Below are positions 56,012 to 64,000 of a DNA stretch of 64,000 nt, piece after piece; positions within the stretch are counted from its first letter, which is position 1, and each line of letters starts with the position of its first letter. The position numbers were made by a program, and so were the translations under genes. The notes beneath the pieces are model-generated. The model was given only the letters and a program-made list of their open reading frames with translations, searched no databases and was not told the DNA's origin. The DNA lies in NCBI RefSeq assembly GCF_009914755.1, contig NC_060929.1; one strand, 5' to 3'. Source of the stretch: the human T2T-CHM13v2.0 reference genome, Homo sapiens.

Positions 56012-56431
56012 TGTCACATGCATCCGTGTGAAGAGAATCCACCAGCAGGCTTTGTGTGAGCAACACAGCTGTTTATTTCACTTGGGTGCAAGTGGGCTGA
56101 GTCCAAAAAGAGAGTCAGCAAAGGGAGATGGGGTGGGGCAGTTTCATAGGATTTGGGTAGGTAGTGGAAAATTACAGTTAAAGGGGGTTATTCTCTTGCG
56201 GGCAGGGGTGGGGGTTACAAGGTGCTCAGTGGGGAGGTTCTGATATTCATTGTCCAGGAGAAGGAATTTCACAAGGTCAATTGATCAGTTAGGGTGGGAC
56301 AGGAACAAATCACAATGGTGGAAGGTCATCAGTTAAGGAAGGAACTGCCCATTTTCACTTCTTTTGTGGTTCTTCAGTTGCCTCAGGCCATCTGGATGTA
56401 TATGTGCAGGCTTGGGCTCAGAGACCCGACA
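56012..56431 (-). mobile_element. HERV-H LTR7-family (LTR7B/C-like) solo LTR nested in MST-int
   Basis: The minus strand runs TGTCGGGTCTCTGAGCCCAAGCCTGCACATATACATCCAGATGGCC...AATAAACAGC...CTCTTCACACGGATGCATGTGACA, with perfect 5-bp TSD GGTAC (56007-56011 and 56432-56436). Confidence 0.9.
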
Positions 56432-57039
56432 GGTACAATCATTGGTAAGCATTCCCATTCCCAAAGGAAGAAATCAGCCAAAAGTAAGGGGCTACAGGCC
56501 TCAAGCAAGTTCAAAACACAGCAGGGCAGTCATTAAATATTAAAGCTCCAAAATAATTTCCTTCATTCTATATCTCACATCCAGGGCACACTGTTGTAAG
56601 GGGTGAATTCTCAAAGCCTTGGGCAGCTCTGCCCCTATGGCTTTGTACTGTTCAGCCCTTGCAGCTACTCTCAGAGGTTGTAGTTGAATGCCTTCAGCTT
56701 TTCCTTGCACAGGGTGCTAGCTGCCAGTGGATCTACCATTCTGGGTTCTGGAGAGTGGTGGCCCTCTTCTCACAGCTCCACTAGGCAGTGCTCTGTTGGA
56801 GACTCTGTGTGTGGCCTACAAACCCACATTTCCCCTATGCACTGCCCTAATAGAGGTTCTTGTGACAGCCCCATCCAAACTCTGCCTGGGCACCCTGGCT
56901 TTTCCATACATTTTCTAAAATCTAGGAAGAGGTTCCCAAGCCTCAATTGTTGTACTCTGTGCCCTCACAGACTTAACACTACATGGAAGCTGCCAAGGTT
57001 TATGGCTTGCACCATCTGAAGCAGTGGCTTAAGCTGTAC

Positions 57040-57504
57040 CTAAGTCCCTTTGAGCCAAGGCTGGAGACGGACTGGCTGGGATGTGGAGAGCAGTGTCTCA
57101 GACTGGGTAAGGTAGCAGGGTCCTGGGCCTGACCCACGAAACCATTCTTCCCTGCTAGGCCTCCAGGCCTGTGATGAGAGGGGCTGCCACAAAAGCCTCT
57201 GCAACGCCTTTGAGGCCTTTTTCCCATTATCTTGGCTATCAGCACTTGCCTCCTTTTTAATTATGCAAATTTCTCTAGCAAGAGGTTGCACAGCAGCCTG
57301 CTTGAATTCTTCTCCTGAAAATGGGCTTTTCTTTTCTATCACATGGCCAGTCTGCAAGTTTTCCAAATTTTTATGCTCTGCTTCCCCTTTAAATATAAGT
57401 TCCAACTTTAGGTCATTTCTTTGCTCAGATATCTGAGCATAGGCTATTAGATGCAGTCGTGCCATGTCTAGAACACTTGGCTGCTTAGAAATTTCTTCCA
57501 CCAC
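57040..57504 (-). pseudogene. MaLR internal gag-like ORF remnant (154 codons open)
   Basis: EEISKQPSV...LKLELIFKGEAEHKNLENLQ...KSPFSGEEFKQAA is the characteristic THE1/MST-int ORF. Confidence 0.75.
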
Positions 57505-59894
57505 ATACCTAAACTATCACTCTCAAGTTCAAATTCTACAAATATCTAGGGCAGAGATACAATACAGCCAAGTTGTTTGCTAAAGCATAACACACATGAT
57601 CTTTGCTCCAGTTCCAAATAAGTTTCTGATTTCCATCTGAGATTTCATCAACCTGGGTTTCACTGTCCATATCACTATGAGCATTTTAGTCACAATCATT
57701 TAACAGTCTCTAAAAAATTTCAAATGTTCCCTCATCTGCCTGTCTTCTTCTGAGTCTTGAAAACTCTTCCAAACTCTGCCCATTACCCAGTTCCATTCCA
57801 AACTCATTTCCATATTTTCAGATATCTGTATAGCGATGCCCCACTCCTCAATACCAATTTTCTGTATTAGGACATTCTTGCACTGCTATAAAGAAATAAC
57901 TTAGATTGGGTAATTTATAAGAAAAGATGTTTAATTGGCTCATGGTTCTATGGACTGTATAGAAAGCATAATGCCAGTATCTGCTTCTGAGGAGGCCTCA
58001 GGAAGCTTGGAATCAAGTGAGAAGGCAAAGGAGGAGTAGGCATCTAACATGGTGGGAGCAGGAGCAAGAGGGGAGAGGTGCCACATTCTTTTAAACAGCC
58101 AGATCTAGCGAGAACTCACTCGCTATCGTGAGGACAGCACCAAGGGCATGGTGCTGAACCATTCCTGGGAAATACACCATCGTGAGCCAATCACCTCCCC
58201 TCAAGCCCCACTTCCAACTCGGGATTACATTTCAGCATGAGATTCTGGTGGGGACAAATATCCAAACTATATCAGTCATTATGACAGTAAGGAGCCAGAA
58301 GAAACTTAGCAGAATGTAGAAGTAGAGGAGTGAATGCATTCTATGAGACACTAGAAAGCAATAAGTAGAAAAGTAAGGAACAAAATAAGTAAATATTTAG
58401 TGAGAAAAGTAGAAAAGGAATGAAAAAACACACTCTCATTCATGAAAATTAAAGACTAACACAAAATAGTGCATATTATAAAAGACTACCTACATCTTTT
58501 AAGGGCATATGAATACATTACTATGGGTACCTATGAGGGAGAGGTAGATAGGAATGAGAATGAGACTGGAGAAGAAGAGAAACAAATCATACAATAGAGG
58601 GCATCTACTTAAATTGCTAAACAATGTGCTCTGCTCATGGTATCTGGGGTTCTGTAGAAATACAACGAAAACAAAAAACATTAAATGGAAAATGGGTTCC
58701 ATTAAACAGGAAATGAAAAGCCCTATCTCAGAATGTACTAAAAGAGAGTCACTCAGGGCACAATCCCACACATTCATATGAAGAGGTTACTTGAAGATGC
58801 ACTTTCCATTATATGATCATCTAAACAATTTTATTTTTTCATTATGTTTATATGTTACTTAAATTTAAAAAACTAAAGTTAGAAATAAAGGGACATTATG
58901 ATACACTGAAAAAGTTTAACTTGTTCTATATTTTTGGAAAAAAAACCCAAAAAACAAAAAAGGGAGCGAATGCCTGAAGGAAATGTGGGTTAAAACTTTG
59001 GCATGCAGTTTGCCTACGATCTAATATAATTAAAAGAGTGACTTTCTCTTCTGAATGTATTAACAAAACCACCCAGAAAACATGAGGAGAGGCTCTGGAG
59101 ACTTAGTGCCACAGGGCAGCCATTCAAGGCACTGGTTTATGCTTCCATAAACCCTACGAAAATTTGGGTTTCTTAGGATCTGAGGGTAGTGGATCTTTCA
59201 TTAACAAAAGCCAAGCCCACCAGCAATATGAACCTTCTACTATGTGAAAGGAAAATACTGATTAAGCAAACCAAGCATTAAACTAGAGAAAATCTAAAAC
59301 TCCAGTGGAAAAACAACTTTATTGATTCACCATGTTTGCCATTGACATACCCACAGCAGGTCTCATGATATTACACAGGAAGTCCAGCTCAGGCAGAAAA
59401 GTTCGCTTTGGTGTATGACAGTTGCAGCCAGATCTTCCTGTCTAGATGAAGATACCATTCAAATCCCAGAAAAACAAAACAAAGGATAAAAATCCCAGCA
59501 GCTGCAAATAATTTCTGTCCAGTCATCAGGATGGCCTTTTGCTTTCATTGCAACTACCATACAAACAGTTCAGAACTAAATAGGGAAATAACACAAAAAC
59601 ATTAACTTGGGCAATACTCAGTTGATAGATTCTATGTAAACTGTGAGTTAGAAAATAATTGAGGGCTTTTAAGAAAAGAAATAGTGCAGTTATTTCATCT
59701 ATTAGACAAAATAGGTAAATTCTTACAGCTTTTTTTTCCCTTCTGTAGGTTCTCACTGTGCACTATATTAGGGTGACATTCAAACATCCTTTTAAAAGGT
59801 TTCTGGTGAAACTTTTTTGTATTTTCCAAGCCAAATAAAACTATTTACAGTAAGAAAACTATACACTCAGCTTAAAATATAAAAATAGAAATTC

Positions 59895-60054
59895 AAGGCC
59901 AAATAAAAAGTTGCATGAAAAATACATCTATCTTAAGGGTTAAATATAACCCTTAACCAATTAACAAGTTAACCAATTAACAAGTTAAATTGGTTAAGGG
60001 TTATATTTAACCCTTAAGATAGATGCATTTTTAGGCACCTTTTTATTTGGTCTT
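59895..60054. repeat. Long inverted repeat (about 67-bp arms, 25-nt spacer) with nested hairpins
   Basis: 59925-59962 is the exact reverse complement of 59988-60025 (38 bp). The outer parts of the arms differ by 4 substitutions and 1 indel. Confidence 0.95.
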
Positions 60055-60259
60055 AATTTAATTTGCTAATTGGTTAAGGGTTTTTCAATTATTTTGGGAA
60101 AACCTGAGCATTCATAATTCATTTTACCATCTTGTAACTGTATGATGTGTATAGGAATGGGAACAGAATTTTTACAGGGCGGGCTAAAAAATACAATGAT
60201 GTTAAACTATGAATTGCTTTATTTTGTAAATAGTAGTAGTAATATTAATAATAATAACA

Positions 60260-60602
<343 letters not shown>

Positions 60603-61639
60603 TTAGTTCAAGTGTAGGGTATTGAAGAGAATCAATTTAAGTGGCTATATTTATAATGTACAATTTTATTGTTTTAAGGGAAAAAAACTGGCCTCTTTTA
60701 AGGACATTTCTGTGGTTAAGGCTCAGAATAAATGCATTCTAATCAGGTTTCCTGTCAGCATAATCTTGAGGGATTTTTTTTTTTTCAGTTAGAGGTCCTA
60801 CTGTAACAAGATTTGAATATGGTGGGATTTGGAGACTCCTATCATTTTCTCTAAATTTGATCTCTCGAGTCAAACCAAATGGAAAAACAGCAGCTTTCCA
60901 AGACCACAGCCACTTCTGTGTTGAAACGTGATTCTCCAGTTCCAAAGACAAATTAACCTACTGATTCAAAGCAACAAAGACCTTGGTCCAGCTCTTTACT
61001 GTACCTATGATCCAGGCTGCCCGCATGAATTTTACTTACAGGCAATGAAACCATGATTGTTGATGCACAACAGCCGACAGCCCTATGGATGTGATCCTTA
61101 AGATCATCACCACACTCGGGTAATATCAAGACCAGAATGGGGAGGCTGTTCATGTGAGGTGAAGAGTCGTTACAATATTTATATGGTGATCATGGCAAAG
61201 TGTAATCAGACCTTCTGCAACAATAACAATTATAAAACATTTAATCAACATCAGAGAACTTATCTGAAGTAGAGAATGTCTAGGCAAATAGTCTGTTTAG
61301 AGAGCTCTTAGAATACCATCTGAGTAGAAGTTTCCAGAGAATAGCTTTGGTTACCATGCCTTTCAAAGCAGCTTTATGCTGCTAATACTAGGAATATTGA
61401 CAAAATAGTTGTTTTAATTTAGAGATAATTTGATAGAGGCTAAAAAACAAATCAATATACTTTCAATTGTGTTTGTTACAGAATGGTGTGTGAAATGAAT
61501 ATCCTCAACTTATCCTCAAACCTTGCTACACCCTTTAGAGATTGAGGACAGAGTGGGGCTCAGGAATTGATGGTAGTGAAAAATGAGTGAGGCTTCTAGA
61601 GGAGATGAGGAACGGGGAAGGGACAGACAAAATCTCAGC

Positions 61640-62830
61640 AAATATTAAGGCACTGTTTTCCATGCTGGGGAAGAGAAACATTTTCTTCTGTCATGCAGCT
61701 GACAATCCAAGTGGGAGTGACAGTGAAGAACCAGCAAATAAAATAACAAAACAAGGTAATTTTAGATATTTCAGTGCCATGGAAAAAAAATTAAGCAGGT
61801 TATATGATAGAGAACCCCTGGGATGGTAGTGAATTTGCCAGGCAGAGCACGAGGGCCAGTGCAACATAATGAGTGAGGGAGAGGATAGTATGGGTGAGGC
61901 AGGCAGGGATAAGAGAGTTATCTAAGGGTTAATACCTTAACTTGGGTTACTACCCAAGTTGTCTCAACTTGGATATTATTGATATTGAGACCAAATAATT
62001 CTGTGCTGCAGGGTGCTGTCCTGTATCTTGTAAGATATTTAACATTATTCCTTAGCCTCTACCCAATGAATGCCAGTAGCACGTCCCAGTCATGACAACA
62101 AAAAATATTTCCAGATATCACCAAATTTACTCTGGGACATTTGAAACTCTGTAACTGAGAACCACAGGCTCATGTACGGCCTTAGAAGGAGGAGTGATGG
62201 GCAAAATGCTTAACTCATGGCATAGGCAGCAGCCAATTGGAATGTATGCTGTCTGAAAACGATTGATAAGACTGTTCCAGCACATCCTGAATGAACATCA
62301 ACCCTGCTATAGCTCATGGTAAAGAGTTTGGATTTTATAATAATAGTGATGGAAAGTTATAGTAGTGCTTTAAGAGAGTAACATGATTCTTTTTTGTTTT
62401 CAAAAAGATCATCTTAGCTGTTAAACAGAATAGATTTCATGGCAGGGGCAGGGGCAGGGCAGCTTGAGAGGAAGCACAGAGATTGGTAGGAGGCTATTGA
62501 AATCTATGTGCAAAACGTTGACTTGGACTAGGGTGGCAACCATAAAGATGAATCAAAGTGATAAGAATAGATTCTAGAGGTGGGAGGCAAATGAAGAATC
62601 AGGGATTATAACGAAGTTTTGGTTTAACAATTGAGTGGATAGTGGTCATTTTAAGATGGGAAGACTAAGAGAAAAACAGATTTTAGAGGAAAAATCAACA
62701 ATTCTGTTTCAGGTATGTTAAGTTTCATATGCCTGTGAAACAACTAAATGAAGTTGTCTAGCAGGTACTTGGGTACTTGAGTCTAAAGGACTGTGGAGTG
62801 GTCAGAGCTCTACATACACATTTTATCATC
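61640..62830. mobile_element. L2 fragments
   Basis: CATGGTAAAGAGTTTGGATTTTAT...AAAAGATCATCTTAGCTG...GACTTGGACTAGGGTGGC...TGTTAAGTTTCATATGCCTGTG. Confidence 0.7.
61955..62167 (-). mobile_element. MER20 (hAT-Charlie MITE)
   Basis: TCTCAACTTGG...GCTGTCCTGT...GCCTCTACCCA...TGCCAGTAGCAC...CTGAGAACCAC. Confidence 0.82.
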
Positions 62831-64000
62831 CCTAGTATACACCATATAAAAACAACTAATATCCAGAAGCCTATGTTCACAAAGGTAATCAACACAAGAG
62901 AGGCTACCAACCATTTAAACCGGAGTATCTGTGCATTTTCCAGGGATTAACTTACATATTTCATGCCCTACCTCTTATAACTTCTTTTATCCTCCTTACA
63001 TTTGATAAAGATCAGCCTCGTTTACTCTCAATTAACAATTAGACCTCGCTGCTTAATAGGTTCCTTTTGTCTACTGAAAAATCTTGAGCAAACACCCCTG
63101 TGATCTTTACAAGATCTCCTGAAAATGCAAAATTGAATGTAAATCTATTAGACACTGAGGTGGGGGTAAGAACAGGGAGAAATACTAACAGAAGATATTT
63201 GAGTTACAATATGATTTATTATCCTTAGTCCCAGACAGCTCAGGAACCCTCAATTAAATACCATATATTCTCTCAACATTCAAAACAGTTTATCATCATA
63301 TGTTTCATTTAATATTATTAAATTCCTGATTATACTATTGGTTTTGGAGAACAGGGGTCACTCTATTAGATTCAAACCTGGCTTTAACAGACACCAGCAT
63401 AGACTACTGTTAATAAACTATAAATTATTACATTTAAATAACACATTGTGATTTTCAAGGCACTTTTCATAATGATACATTTTTATTTTCACCACAATTT
63501 TACAACATAGGGAAGGCAGATATTTGGATACCCATTTTTAAATTTAAAAAAGTATTGTTCAACCAGATTACACAATTTTCCCAGGGCCCTACAGCTGGTA
63601 AATATTCAGAAAATAACTGGAACACAAGTACTTTAAAAACTAATCCAGCACTGAAAGAATAGAAAACACTGTGCCAGTGCATTCTACAAGGCAACTCACA
63701 CTATATGTGATGCCAAATGTTAACGGCTCATTTTACTTTTTCCAGAAAATAATCTGAGCTGGTTCTCAACCCAGGCATATTTCCTATGCTCCCTCTATAT
63801 AATATACTTTTCCCACACTTAATAAAATTCTTGTGACTGCCAGCTGGGTTAAACTTGTGAGCTTTCCTTCTGCTTTCTTGGCTTGTCTCTGTTCTACTTG
63901 ATATTATCTTCCTGAGACTTCTTTGATGTCATCCTAACTTTTCCCTGATTATTTCAATCCTACTATGGCTAAAACAGTGCACCAACTATAAAACTGGAAT

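Larger units (their letters stand above)
55394..58274 (-). mobile_element. Complete MSTA MaLR element (LTRs 55394-55810 and 57863-58274; internal region 55811-57862)
   Basis: Two homologous MSTA LTRs in direct orientation flank MST-int sequence (CAAAGTTTTAACTCATTTCAGCATTAACTCAAAAGTCC), with TSD TTCAT/GTCAT. Confidence 0.92.

Noticed and set aside
59933-60013. Interstitial telomere or telomere-fusion relic (GGGTTA/TAACCC head-to-head)
   Set aside because: Only isolated single hexamers generated by the palindrome symmetry; no tandem TTAGGG array

Overview
Primate (most likely human or great-ape) non-coding genomic DNA. It is AT-rich, CpG-depleted and dominated by interspersed repeats. I found no intact host protein-coding gene, no rRNA or tRNA, no CRISPR array and nothing prokaryotic. 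The main recognisable items are: (1) a decayed, near full-length HMGN1 processed pseudogene on the minus strand (about 11789-12937); (2) a full-length but inactivated L1PA3-type LINE-1 (47162-53332) inserted into an AluJ with a perfect 15-bp TSD, which keeps the 129-bp 5'UTR segment and an extended antisense ORF0; (3) a 5'-truncated L1PA4/5; (4) a complete two-LTR MSTA MaLR element carrying a nested HERV-H LTR7-family solo LTR; (5) many MLT/MST/THE1/LTR9/LTR33/LTR40 LTRs, MER/Tigger DNA transposons, Alus, MIRs, L2s and old L1 fragments. Repeat subfamily names come from remembered consensus sequences, not from a RepeatMasker run, and boundaries of old elements are approximate. I cannot support a new multi-gene system here. 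The most unusual unexplained structures are a nested 160-bp palindrome (59895-60054), a pre-miRNA-sized hairpin (30630-30704), an apparently older and internally inverted L1 block inside a younger L1 5'UTR (10232-11290), the read-through ORF0, and a candidate non-coding exon (61040-61214).
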